Shown here piece by piece: positions 34,784-44,820 of a stretch of DNA of 64,000 nt. Origin of the DNA: Escherichia coli (GTDB lineage: Bacteria > Pseudomonadota > Gammaproteobacteria > Enterobacterales > Enterobacteriaceae); the NCBI RefSeq assembly GCF_030013595.1, contig NZ_CP122768.1, one strand, 5' to 3'. Under the pieces are notes generated by a model, which did not search any database, was not told the DNA's origin, and saw nothing but the letters and a program-made list of their open reading frames with translations. The position numbers and the translations under genes are program-made. Each line of letters starts with the position of its first letter. Within the stretch, counting starts at the first letter, position 1.

Positions 34784-35323
34784 TCAGATCGTAAATAACA
34801 CCAGTATCAGCATAACCAGCCAGACCCAGAAATAAGCAGGTTTTTGCCCGAGGATCTTTGCCCGACGCCACAGATAAACCGGGATCAGCCATGCCAGCCA
34901 GCCAAATGCTGTGGTATCAACACCAGATTTACGGAGTTTTCGTTCATCCAGATATCCCAGAGCAATATTCAGAATCAGAGAGATAAACCAGTACTGGCCT
35001 TCGCTGACTGCATCATAAGCCCGTTCAAATGACATACCGTTCAGCCCGGCAGTCCACATCTCAAGTATGTACCCAATCAAAGGGGCAAATGCCAGCGTCC
35101 AGACAACGTCTCCGGGAATGCGGTGACCCGGAAGGGCCGGAGGAACTTCACTTTGTTTCAGTATTTCCGCCAGTGATGTGGCTGAAACTGGCTGCCATTC
35201 CAGCATGCCCTGTTGCCACACCAGTGTTGATGCATTCAGTTCACCACGCCGGATACGTTCGATAATATCTTCCTCTGTTACGTTATCATAACGTACACCA
35301 TTTTTTTCATAATGCCAGTTCAT
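34784..35323 (-). CDS. Membrane protein with soluble N-terminal domain, function unknown
   Basis: 179 aa, hydrophilic N-terminus (MNWHYEKNGVRYDNVTEEDIIERIRRGEL...) then 3-4 hydrophobic segments. Confidence 0.5.
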   Translation of the reverse strand: MNWHYEKNGVRYDNVTEEDIIERIRRGELNASTLVWQQGMLEWQPVSATSLAEILKQSEVPPALPGHRIPGDVVWTLAFAPLIGYILEMWTAGLNGMSFERAYDAVSEGQYWFISLILNIALGYLDERKLRKSGVDTTAFGWLAWLIPVYLWRRAKILGQKPAYFWVWLVMLILVLFTI

Positions 35324-35439
35324 CTGATTCTCCTGTTAATCATTCAGTTAATAAAACATGTGACATCCAAAACAAAAATATTTTTATGATATTCATTTTC
35401 ACTCACTGTATTAAATTAAACTGAGGTGTTTTACACCAC

Positions 35440-35905
35440 GTTATCAATTATTCCTGGAACCAGGTGTTCCAGCAGCTACCGTAGAATTTGTTACCCAAAG
35501 TCTTTTTCTCATTTTTGATATTTGCGGTATAGCTGTCGACTTTCTTACCGTTTACTAAAACGTCGAGCTTCGTGGCTTCACCGATAGCATCGATAAAGTA
35601 TACCCACGCATTCTTATTCATTCGTGTTCCGTCGACAGGTGGGGCCGAATACTTTTTACCGTTGATGATAAAAATAATATCAGAATCGTACTGATTTAGC
35701 GGGGTGGGGGTATGACCGTAAATCCACTCATATGTGGTAGCAAATTGTTGTCTTCTGGATTAATCGTGCAGTTAATAGAAACACTACCGACACTGAACAT
35801 ATCGGTGCCAGCAACACTGTTACGCTTCTACAATGCCGATTCTGCTTGTGCTACGGTTGTACTTACAGTTAAAACAACAGCTAAAAGAATGTTTAACAGT
35901 TTCAT
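35440..35905 (-). pseudogene. Disrupted gene for a small secreted protein (in-frame TAG after residue 25, then frameshift at G5TG5 tract)
   Basis: ATG at 35905 gives MKLLNILLAVVLTVSTTVAQAESAL*; downstream frames continue ...SVGSVSINCTINPEDNNLLPHMSGF... and ...YDSDIIFIINGKKYSAPPVDGTRMNKNAWVYFIDAIGEATKLDVLVNGKKVDSYT...SCWNTWFQE*. Confidence 0.35.
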
Positions 35906-36036
35906 GAGATTTCTCCCCAAAATTAAATAAATTAATCTTAACCATCATCCGGGTAATATATATCTGAAAATATTTTCAATAACACCAGATAAGAAAAACA
36001 CCACCACAGTGGCGGTGGCGTTTCTCCGGTGTGTCT

Positions 36037-37107
36037 TTATTTAATCCGGGCCATCGCGTTTCTCAGTGCCGAATCTGCACCTTCAGTTATCTCCTGGCTT
36101 TTCTGTAATACCGCCTCTGACCGGGTCAGTGCCTGACGCGCCGCCAGTGGTTTCCGGATATGCTCCATCGTCAGCATCGTGTCCTCGTAGCCCTGCTGAC
36201 GCCAGGCGTCGATATGTGCCGACGTGAAACTGAGCAGACCGCCACTGTTGCCACCATCACCTGCATGTTTCAGCCTTTTCCGGGGACGGATTTCAAGGAT
36301 TGTGGTGTCCGGAAAAGCCCGACGATCCCATAAAGAACCGTCACTCAGATGCGTCACAATCACCATATTGCATCCGGCATCCACCAGTGGCGTCACGGGA
36401 GTATTCCCCTGCCTGTTTCGCCATCCGCCCATCCCACCATCACCGTACATTGTTCCCTGAACCTCGCGGGGACGGAACAGCAGAGGCAGCGCGGCTGACG
36501 CCAGTAAAGCTTCTTTCTGCTGCCCGCGGGGCAGACTCTGGATATGCTGAAAAACGGCGTTTTTCGTGGTTCCGGCACCCAGTTCAGCACGAATGCAGTC
36601 AATAATATCCTGCATGCCTCCTTCTGTGGGGTACAGCGACACGTACAGCGGTAGCCCGTCAGCCAGAGCATCTGTATCAAGATAATGATCCATCAGCGCT
36701 GTCAGGGGCTCATCTGACAACAGCGGCTGAATCATCGGATTGTCGAACCCGTTGATTGTCGATATATGGCGAAAAAGCGTCGTAAGCAGTGCGCCCGCAC
36801 GTCCGGGGATCTGGCAGAGGTTCATGGCCTGAACCAGTTTTTTCAGCAATGAAAAGTAAACCGATCTGTTTACCGACAGAACCTGATTATTCCCCAGATG
36901 ATCCCAGAGCGCCTCCAGGCGTAAGGTGGCTTCTGACAGATCGGGAGAGGCCGCGATAATGGCACCATTGAGAGCCCCGATACTGGCTCCTGAGACCATA
37001 CTGATCTGTGCGCCGCACTCTGCCAGTGCCTTAACCACCCCCGCCTGATAAGCGCCCACCGCTCCGCCGCCGGACAGCACCAGCCCCGTTTGCATTTCTG
37101 TACTCAT
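36037..37107 (-). CDS. Patatin-like phospholipase
   Basis: GGGAVGAYQAG oxyanion motif, GASIG serine-lipase motif (GxSxG), YGDGG Asp motif; start overlaps upstream gene stop by 4 bp. Confidence 0.8.
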   Translation of the reverse strand: MSTEMQTGLVLSGGGAVGAYQAGVVKALAECGAQISMVSGASIGALNGAIIAASPDLSEATLRLEALWDHLGNNQVLSVNRSVYFSLLKKLVQAMNLCQIPGRAGALLTTLFRHISTINGFDNPMIQPLLSDEPLTALMDHYLDTDALADGLPLYVSLYPTEGGMQDIIDCIRAELGAGTTKNAVFQHIQSLPRGQQKEALLASAALPLLFRPREVQGTMYGDGGMGGWRNRQGNTPVTPLVDAGCNMVIVTHLSDGSLWDRRAFPDTTILEIRPRKRLKHAGDGGNSGGLLSFTSAHIDAWRQQGYEDTMLTMEHIRKPLAARQALTRSEAVLQKSQEITEGADSALRNAMARIK

Positions 37108-38009
37108 GCCTCTCCCTTCTGAAATATTTCATCAACCATACTTTCAGAGAGGCGTTCTGCAGAGCAGAGACGGGGCATACGAACCGGTAAGTGTTCTGCA
37201 GCCTGCGTGGTTGACCAGATCACAGGATGCCGCTCTTCACTGCACCAGTCCCCCAGCCAGTTAACCGCTTCATGCCATTCGTTATCAGCCTGTTCCCGGC
37301 GCTGACCACCAAGCCAGTCCAGTGTGTTCAGACGTACTGTTGCGCTACCGCCACTCTCCCGTGCCATCTGCGTTAATGCTTTATATCTGAGAATATCCAG
37401 TAACTGATTAACCTGGCCTGTTTCACCCTGACGAATCACATCACCAAACGCGCCCCAGCGAAGCTCTTCAAGCGCCACATAACAACGTCCGGCAGGGGAA
37501 AATGACGCGTATCGCCCGGCGCTCCACCACGAGAATATCTGCTCAAGATGTAACTGTGCCCGCTGAACCTGGTCAACACGGTGGAGTTTTTCCTCAAGAT
37601 GATTCAGTTTCTGATGAACCTGTTCTGCCAGAGTGAGTAACTGCTCCCGCGTGTCAGCCGAATAATGCGCCAGCCTGGCAGTATCACTGACCAGTGAACT
37701 GACCCTGTCGTTTACCCGGGTAATCGCGTAGTTTGTGGTGGCAAGTGACGTTGTCAGCTCCGTCAGCCAGCGCAGGGACGCCTCAACGCCCTGTGCAAGC
37801 GACGCATTGATGGCATTCTGCCGTGCAGCGCCTTCGCCGGTCAGCCCCTCTTTTAAACGCCGGAAGAACGTGCGCTCTCCGGCCGTGCGGATATGCTCCT
37901 GTGCAACATCGATTCCGTTTGCGAAATCAACCACAAATTTTTCAGGAAGACAGGTGAGTACCTGACATACCCGGTTATCAGCAATTTGTTGAATAAATGG
38001 TGAAGTCAC
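37104..38009 (-). CDS. Hypothetical protein (301 aa) between dynamin-like GTPase and patatin genes
   Basis: ORF overlaps both neighbours by 4 bp (ATGA), implying a coupled operon; no motif recognised. Confidence 0.6.
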   Translation of the reverse strand: MTSPFIQQIADNRVCQVLTCLPEKFVVDFANGIDVAQEHIRTAGERTFFRRLKEGLTGEGAARQNAINASLAQGVEASLRWLTELTTSLATTNYAITRVNDRVSSLVSDTARLAHYSADTREQLLTLAEQVHQKLNHLEEKLHRVDQVQRAQLHLEQIFSWWSAGRYASFSPAGRCYVALEELRWGAFGDVIRQGETGQVNQLLDILRYKALTQMARESGGSATVRLNTLDWLGGQRREQADNEWHEAVNWLGDWCSEERHPVIWSTTQAAEHLPVRMPRLCSAERLSESMVDEIFQKGEA

Positions 38010-40393
38010 AGCATTGTCTCCAGCTCTTCCCTCAGCGCCTTACTGTCAGTAATGAGCTCAGGAACCCTTTCATTTAATGCCTGAAGTCGCCCGGTAAGCC
38101 GTTCCTGCGCCTGCTGATCGCGTTTATGATCTTCAGAGCTCTGAATCAGCGTGTTACGCAGTTGTTCAACTTTCTCCCTGAATGCGCAGAAAAAGGCATC
38201 GATTTCCTGGCGGACGGGCTGGTTAATATCCTGCTCAATGGATGCCTGCAGCTCCCCGAAATATGCCCGGGTCAGTGACATAACTTCCTCTCTGGCCTTG
38301 TTGATATTGATCACGCTGCGACTCACATCCTCGTCATAGTTTTCCCAGCCCAGGTCACTGGTGCCAAACCATCGACAAACGGTTCCCCATACGCCACTCT
38401 GCCGACGGCGACGGGTGACGGTCTCCGTTCTTTCCTCCATAAGCGCACTCAGATTTATTTTTACCGCGAGCCGGGTCTGTAACTGGCTGACTGCCGGAAA
38501 ACTGATTTTTACGGTAAAGCCCTCATCCTCCAGGCGGGCATTGATGCGACCGGCAATGTTTTCTGTGGCGTACAGGGCCGTGCCACGAAAACCTGTTTCA
38601 ATCCCGCTGACGATTTTCTCCAGCTCAGGCCGGAACTGTGCTTCAGCCTCACGGTGCAGGCTGGTCACGGTCGATTCGATTTGCGTCATCAGTTCAAGGG
38701 CTGCCCTGCGATCACTGAATTTTATTTCGGGGCTGTCCGGATCAAAGTCCCGCATCCTGTCATGCTGATTTCCGGTTCCGAAAATATCGTGAAAGAAAGC
38801 GAATGCGTTTCTCTCCCGGGGCTGCGCTGAATTTTCTTCCTCCAGCATTTGCTGTTCTTTGCGTTTACCGCTTCTGAAATAGTCGTTCAGCTCCTCCTCC
38901 AGTGAGGCACAGACCTTCGTCAGTAATTCCCCGGTTTTGGTATTGATGTCCTCCATGGCCATTCTGACATCACCGGTCACCTGATTCTGACATTCCTCAA
39001 TCTCCTGGATATCCGCCAGCAGGCTGGTAATATGCGCCTGTAGTGACTGAATGCTTTGCTGCAGCCCCTGATGACGTAATGACAGATATTCGCTGACATT
39101 TTCTGCATTCTGCATCAGTTTTGCGGCGGCAGAGTCAACCGCCAGTGCCGCCGCTCTGGAATGGGAGCTCTGTATGACTTCCGTTATCAGTTGATCGATC
39201 AGAGATATATTCCAGAGTTTTTCTGCCTTTTTATTTACCTTAGTGCTGTCTTTCCAGTCGTCCTCTTCCACCATAGGTCCGAAAGCTTCCCTGATAAAAT
39301 CATCGACCCAGGCTTCATCAACCGGAAGCGCACCGTTTTTTCGTAACTCATGAAGCGCACGGTTAGCCAGGTACGCCTGACGTGATGAGCCGGGATAAAC
39401 GCGGGAGGCGGGCAGCACATCGCTGTTCAGCATTGCTGGCACCTTCTGGCGTACGGCATCCGCACCATCACCATTGCGATCTTTTTCATCGAATTTATTG
39501 ACCAGCACAAACAGACGACCGGCTGAGACGTCAGCAATGGCATTAAGCTCTTTACGAACCTCCTCATCGGCTTTCGAGTTCATCTGGGTGTAATCCATCA
39601 CCGCCAGCACCGCAGAGGCTTTCTGTAGTTGATCCCGCATCATCATTTCCATCTGTGGTTGTCCGGCTTCATTAGGGCCGGGGGTATCCAGCAGTGTGAG
39701 TGTTCCCTGACATGCATCCATTCCCACCAGGTGGCTGAACGCCACGTCGATCACCGGTAGTTTCTGCACTTCTGCGTATTCGTCAAAAGGAAATTCAGTC
39801 CCCATTGCCGCAGCAAGACGAACCAGGTCATTTAACGATGCCAGTCCGGTAAAGATTTCGTCTTCCCCGTGGTATTCATTTTTAAGCCAGACATCATCCG
39901 CCAGAATATCCAGTAGTTCGCGGGTATCCCCGGTTTGCTGCAGGGACTGTGCGACTTGCTGCCCTGCCGGGGTGGCGAGTTTTTCCTGCAGTGTGATTAA
40001 TAAATTGCGGACGGGCTGAATATGTTCCAGATGGAGGACCGGTTCCGTTTTTCCGGGAACGTGGCGGATCAATGTCGGTACCGAGGTCATGGGGCGGTTA
40101 CGGTTGGGCAGAATTTCCTGCCCCACAATGGCGTTGATGGTGGTTGATTTGCCCGCCTTCATCGTGCCGACCACAGCCAGCACCATCTCCCTGCGGGCGG
40201 TTTTGATTTGTTCGCCCTCCAGCTCCTCAATTCTTTTCAGCGCTTTCCGTTTATCAAAAAGCAGCCCGTTTTCGTTCTTACTGTCAGATAACACATCCGG
40301 CTCATCAACCATTTGCCGGAGCAGATTGATATTCAGTTGCAAAAGCCGGTCGGCTTCATCACAAAGCAGGGCGATGTTCTTTTCGTGCATCAT
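38006..40393 (-). CDS. Dynamin-family large GTPase (bacterial dynamin-like protein)
   Basis: 795 aa; N-terminal G-domain with P-loop GTMKAGKSTTINAIVG, DTPG-like G3 (LLDTPGPNE), long coiled-coil-like C-terminal region. Confidence 0.75.
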   Translation of the reverse strand: MMHEKNIALLCDEADRLLQLNINLLRQMVDEPDVLSDSKNENGLLFDKRKALKRIEELEGEQIKTARREMVLAVVGTMKAGKSTTINAIVGQEILPNRNRPMTSVPTLIRHVPGKTEPVLHLEHIQPVRNLLITLQEKLATPAGQQVAQSLQQTGDTRELLDILADDVWLKNEYHGEDEIFTGLASLNDLVRLAAAMGTEFPFDEYAEVQKLPVIDVAFSHLVGMDACQGTLTLLDTPGPNEAGQPQMEMMMRDQLQKASAVLAVMDYTQMNSKADEEVRKELNAIADVSAGRLFVLVNKFDEKDRNGDGADAVRQKVPAMLNSDVLPASRVYPGSSRQAYLANRALHELRKNGALPVDEAWVDDFIREAFGPMVEEDDWKDSTKVNKKAEKLWNISLIDQLITEVIQSSHSRAAALAVDSAAAKLMQNAENVSEYLSLRHQGLQQSIQSLQAHITSLLADIQEIEECQNQVTGDVRMAMEDINTKTGELLTKVCASLEEELNDYFRSGKRKEQQMLEEENSAQPRERNAFAFFHDIFGTGNQHDRMRDFDPDSPEIKFSDRRAALELMTQIESTVTSLHREAEAQFRPELEKIVSGIETGFRGTALYATENIAGRINARLEDEGFTVKISFPAVSQLQTRLAVKINLSALMEERTETVTRRRRQSGVWGTVCRWFGTSDLGWENYDEDVSRSVININKAREEVMSLTRAYFGELQASIEQDINQPVRQEIDAFFCAFREKVEQLRNTLIQSSEDHKRDQQAQERLTGRLQALNERVPELITDSKALREELETML

Positions 40394-40500
40394 TCACCTT
40401 TATAAATTCAATAATTCAGAACTGCGGTGAACAGCAATGAGCGTCCTTTCCCATTACTGCATGAATTTTCCTGAAATCGTATTTCCGGGATACCGTATAA

Positions 40501-43350
40501 TCAGAAAGTCATATTCAGCGTAGCCTGACCGTTATAGCCTTCAGCGCTGCTGCCGCTGACGCTGTGGGCATAACCGGCCTGAACGCCCAGGGTGATATTT
40601 TCCCGGATACGGGCTTCCAGTCCGGCCTGCAGGTCCAGTGACGTGCCATTCCGGGACGGTGAGAACGTCATGTTACTGCCGGCTGCGGCTGTCCCCATGC
40701 TCATGTCACCCCGGGAGCTGAAGGTGCGGATAACAGAAGGCTGTACCCACCAGTTCACCGGCAGTTCACTCACACTGTGTTTTGCACTGTCGCGCAGGGT
40801 GTCACGGGATGAGGTGCCTTCACCAAAGGTCATATCGTTGTGGCTGCCCAGACGGAAACCGGCACGCACATGTTGTGCACTGCCATGCCCGAACTTCACA
40901 TAACCGGCGTTATCCTGGCCGTCATCCAGGGAGAGTCCCTGCCAGGTGTACTGCAGTTGTGGCTCCAGCATCAGATTGTCAGTGATACTGAAGGGCAGAC
41001 CGGTTTCCAGTGAGCCCAGCCAGCCCCAGCCCCGGGCGCGGAAGTCGTTATTGTCCGATGACGCTTTCATGCTGTGACGGGTTCCCTGGGCCACAATGTC
41101 AGCCCACAGGCCGGAGGATGTGTGTACCAGATTCAGGTATCCGCCCAGACTGCCGGCATCATCCCGGACCGTGCCGGCGCGGGAACCGTCATCATCCTTA
41201 ACATCAACGGAAGAATGGCCTGCAGCACCATACACCCCTGTCGTCAGAGACATACCGGCAACCTCTGTTCTGAGCAGGTCACCCTCCAGACGGACGAAGC
41301 CATAGCTGCCGCTGCTTTCCGGCGTGGCTCCACGGGCAATACCGCCGTTGTTATCGTGACCGAGATGACCGCCCTGAATGCTGAGACGGACGCTGTTATT
41401 TTCACCGTTTACACCGGTCTGATGGCTGCGGGAGCCTGCCAGAATCCGGTCATAGTCCATTGCCTGTGTCAACATGGATGTATACAGGGGGACTTCAGCA
41501 CGATAAGCATTTTCACTGCGCAGGTACCAGTCTTCATCGCTGTCACGGTTCAGGGTGTAGTTAAAGGCGCCGGCCTGAAGCGGGCGACTCAGGGCAAACG
41601 CACCTTCTTCTGTGGTGGCGCCATTCTGTGCATCCACAACCCGGATACCCTGTCCGGTGGTTGCCACCCCGAGGTTGCTGTTTCCGACATTTGTAAACGC
41701 AAGCCAGGTTTTGCCGGTTGCCTGACCACCATTAATCACCAGCTGGTCAGAGGCATTGCTGCCATCAAGGCGAACACGCATATTGATGGTGCCGCCCTGG
41801 CCGGTGAGGTTCGTGGTGGTCAGTTTATGGAACGTTACCGGGGAGTTACTTTTTGCAACAGCACGGCTCAGCGCGGCATTCGGTGTCGTCTGATTATCAA
41901 AGCGAATCTCCCCTGCGTTAACAATATCGCCGGTACTGACCACATCACCATTCAGTACCATACTGGCGCCTTTACTGAGCTGTGTTCTGCCACTCAGACT
42001 TCCCCCGGCAGCCAGCGTCAGTGTTCCACGATGTCCGACAGTGGTGTTGCCAGCCTGTCCCCCGGCATTAACCGTAAAGCTGCCGCCATTTTCCAGCAGC
42101 AGGCCGCTGGCCTGACCGGATGTGCCATCAATACTGAACTTACCGCTGGCATTGGTCCCCTCAACAGTGGCACCACTGTCTGCAATCAGGGCACCACCGG
42201 ATGTTATGGTGACACTTGTCGCCTTACCGCCGGCAGACACTGCCAGGGTACCGCCGTCATCCACTAGGGTATTCTGTGCTGAATGGCTCTCCAGTACATC
42301 CAGACGACCGCCGGATTCCAGAACAACACCGTCAGCCTTACCGTTTTCCACCGTGAAATTCCCCAGACGGTTTGTGCCGATGACAGTTGCAGCAGTACTG
42401 GTAACCAGTGCACCGCCCGTGTTCTGGGTGACTGCAGTGGCTTCCCCGCCGGCATGTACCCTCAGTTCACCGTTCTGATTTATGGTGGTGTTACCGGCAG
42501 CGCCACCTGCCTTAACAACCTGCCAGCCCCCCTCGTTAATTACCGTGTTCAGCGCAAGTCCGTCCCTGTGCACATACTGGTAACCGCCATTCAGTGTGGT
42601 ATTCAGGGCCCTTCCGTGTACCGACTGGTCACCACCTGCGTAAATGAGAGTGTCACGGGCTAGCCCGGAAAATAAGATAATCTGCCGTCCATTTTTGTTG
42701 ATGGTGGTGGATTCTGCTGTTCCCTGGACCTTCTGACCCGTATACGAGTTGTCAGAATCAGGGCCGCCTTCTGCGCCGGTGTTGATGATGGTTCCTGTTG
42801 CCAGCCCGCCACTTTTAACGCTCTGGTAACCGTCGCGGTTGATAATTGTACCGGTGGCAACCCCGCCCTCATGCACCCACTGCTCGCCTCTGTTATTCAG
42901 TGTGGTGTTCACCGCCAGTCCGTTCAGGCTCTGTCCCCCGCCGTCACGAATAACCGTATCACTGGCTGTTCCCCCCTCCAGCACGACCTGACGACCATTT
43001 GTGGTGACAGTGGTGTTTCCGGCTATCCCGCCATTCTGTATCCATTGCCCACCGGTGTTTTCTTCACTGTCCGGCCCCAGTTCCAGCCCGGTACTGATGG
43101 TCATTCCGTTGGCCGTACCGAAGACAATCTGGTTGTCATGATTTGTCAGTGTTCCATCGTTCACGGTTTCTCCCGCCTGTACAACCTTGTCAGCAGCCAG
43201 TGCCGGGACTGATGTGACAGCAGCAAGAGACAGCGCAACCGCCACACCGGCGCGTTTTCCCCGTGAGCGGGCCAGTTCGGAAGCCACCACCAGGGTGCCC
43301 GTAATGTGATTCCATACCAGCCTGTAGCTGGTGTTCAGATGTCGTTTCAT
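40501..43350 (-). CDS. flu: Antigen 43-type self-associating autotransporter adhesin (AIDA-I family)
   Basis: Extended signal peptide MKRHLNTSYRLVWNHITGTLVVASELA..., Gly/Thr-rich beta-helical repeats, C-terminal beta-barrel ending ...QATLNMTF. Confidence 0.85.
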   Translation of the reverse strand: MKRHLNTSYRLVWNHITGTLVVASELARSRGKRAGVAVALSLAAVTSVPALAADKVVQAGETVNDGTLTNHDNQIVFGTANGMTISTGLELGPDSEENTGGQWIQNGGIAGNTTVTTNGRQVVLEGGTASDTVIRDGGGQSLNGLAVNTTLNNRGEQWVHEGGVATGTIINRDGYQSVKSGGLATGTIINTGAEGGPDSDNSYTGQKVQGTAESTTINKNGRQIILFSGLARDTLIYAGGDQSVHGRALNTTLNGGYQYVHRDGLALNTVINEGGWQVVKAGGAAGNTTINQNGELRVHAGGEATAVTQNTGGALVTSTAATVIGTNRLGNFTVENGKADGVVLESGGRLDVLESHSAQNTLVDDGGTLAVSAGGKATSVTITSGGALIADSGATVEGTNASGKFSIDGTSGQASGLLLENGGSFTVNAGGQAGNTTVGHRGTLTLAAGGSLSGRTQLSKGASMVLNGDVVSTGDIVNAGEIRFDNQTTPNAALSRAVAKSNSPVTFHKLTTTNLTGQGGTINMRVRLDGSNASDQLVINGGQATGKTWLAFTNVGNSNLGVATTGQGIRVVDAQNGATTEEGAFALSRPLQAGAFNYTLNRDSDEDWYLRSENAYRAEVPLYTSMLTQAMDYDRILAGSRSHQTGVNGENNSVRLSIQGGHLGHDNNGGIARGATPESSGSYGFVRLEGDLLRTEVAGMSLTTGVYGAAGHSSVDVKDDDGSRAGTVRDDAGSLGGYLNLVHTSSGLWADIVAQGTRHSMKASSDNNDFRARGWGWLGSLETGLPFSITDNLMLEPQLQYTWQGLSLDDGQDNAGYVKFGHGSAQHVRAGFRLGSHNDMTFGEGTSSRDTLRDSAKHSVSELPVNWWVQPSVIRTFSSRGDMSMGTAAAGSNMTFSPSRNGTSLDLQAGLEARIRENITLGVQAGYAHSVSGSSAEGYNGQATLNMTF

Positions 43351-43567
43351 CAGCTTTTCCTTACAGAGTGTGAATAAAAAAGCCGGTACCCACAAAAGTG
43401 GATACCGGCAGGTACAAAACAGCATGGTCAGATAAAGTGGTTTTTCCCGGACATAAATGCTTCCCCTCTCTCATCCGCCAGAGAAGTATCAGTCCGTTGT
43501 GTGCAATTCCGTTATGCATGATGAAGAGATTCAGCTGCCTTTTCGCAGACCATTAACCACTATAAAC

Positions 43568-43603
43568 GATCGATGGAAACGATCGATACCTGTTTTATCG
43601 ATC
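43568..43603. promoter_or_regulatory. Three closely spaced GATC sites upstream of Ag43 gene (Dam/OxyR phase-variation switch candidate)
   Basis: aacGATCgatggaaacGATCgatacctgttttatcGATCg; agn43 phase variation is known to use three GATC sites in the OxyR operator. Confidence 0.55.
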
Positions 43604-43721
43604 GTTTTATTCTATTAACAGCAAGGCAGTCACGCAAGAGAAAGAGGTGGATATGAGGGGGGTGTATCATGTTTTCAGTTGGTTAACGCAATGTAATCAG
43701 GCATTTCCCCTGGCAGACTGT

Positions 43722-44594
43722 TCAGAAGAAAATCCAGTTCCATACAGCGCGGGCAACAGAGACCACCGTGTCACGGACGGCACGCAGAACTGTGCGTGCA
43801 ACAGAGGCAACACAGACGCTCTCCACCGTGTCAAATATCCGGTCCACCGCACCGGTAAACTGTTCACGGGCCTGCCCCCGGACAGATTCCGTGCACAGCT
43901 CGTCCTGCAGGCGGGTCATCAGGGGACTGGCGGCATGGTCGGGAAGCGCTGTCATGAGCGCACTGACCAGCGTATCCAGTTCCCAGCCGGTACGGGCCGA
44001 TACGGCAACAACCGGATGTACGGGCCGGAACAGCCGGAATACCGCATCTGTTTTTTCGCGAATGTTCTGTTCCTGTGCGGGAGAAGGCTGAATACCTGCC
44101 ATATCCCATTCATGGCAGGGCTCTGTTTTGTCGGCCTGCGTCACCACAAACAGCACCTGCTGATGTCCCCGGTGCAGTATGTGTCGCCAGAAATACTCAT
44201 CCACAGACAGGGCACGGTCATCGGCTTTAATCAGCCACAGCACCAGGTCCAGTTCAGGCAGAATGTCACGGTACAGGGCTTCATACTCTGCATCCCTGTC
44301 CCGGCTCTCGCCCACCCCGGGCAGGTCAGTGATAACCATGCTGTGACCATGGCCACTCAGACGGAAGCGCCGCACTTCCCGGGTGCCGGCGTGAACATCA
44401 CTGACCGGGGTGACCTCCCCCTGAAACAGTGCATTACAGAGTGAGGATTTACCGGCCCCGCTTTTACCCATAATGCCAATCACGGGTTCGTGACTGGTGA
44501 GTTTGCGCAGATGTTCCAGGATGTGACGGGAAAGCGAGTAAGGCAGGGAGGAGAGCGGTTTTTCAATTGCCTCAATGGCATCAGACGGATTCAT
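43722..44594 (-). CDS. YeeP/YkfA/YfjP-family GTPase
   Basis: P-loop GIMGKSGAGKSSLCNALF; conserved position upstream of Ag43 gene as in CP4-44. Confidence 0.75.
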   Translation of the reverse strand: MNPSDAIEAIEKPLSSLPYSLSRHILEHLRKLTSHEPVIGIMGKSGAGKSSLCNALFQGEVTPVSDVHAGTREVRRFRLSGHGHSMVITDLPGVGESRDRDAEYEALYRDILPELDLVLWLIKADDRALSVDEYFWRHILHRGHQQVLFVVTQADKTEPCHEWDMAGIQPSPAQEQNIREKTDAVFRLFRPVHPVVAVSARTGWELDTLVSALMTALPDHAASPLMTRLQDELCTESVRGQAREQFTGAVDRIFDTVESVCVASVARTVLRAVRDTVVSVARAVWNWIFF

Positions 44595-44820
44595 ACATGT
44601 ATTCCCGGTGAAAAAAGACAAAACCCCGCGCACCGGAAAGGTGGCGGGGGATTCACAACGATAATATCTGTCTGAAATTATTTAGGATGCAGGTATCTTC
44701 TGATAATCATACATCCCGAATTTTGTTCTTAATAGGTAACCGTCTCATTTAAACCGTCTTTCGCCTCCCTTTCCTGTTTCCGATACTAATGTCCATTTTC
44801 GCAGTAAAGGGACATTTAAG

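Noticed and set aside
35712-35930. 72-aa plus-strand ORF
   Set aside because: Antisense to the disrupted secreted-protein gene, whose signal-peptide start explains this region better.
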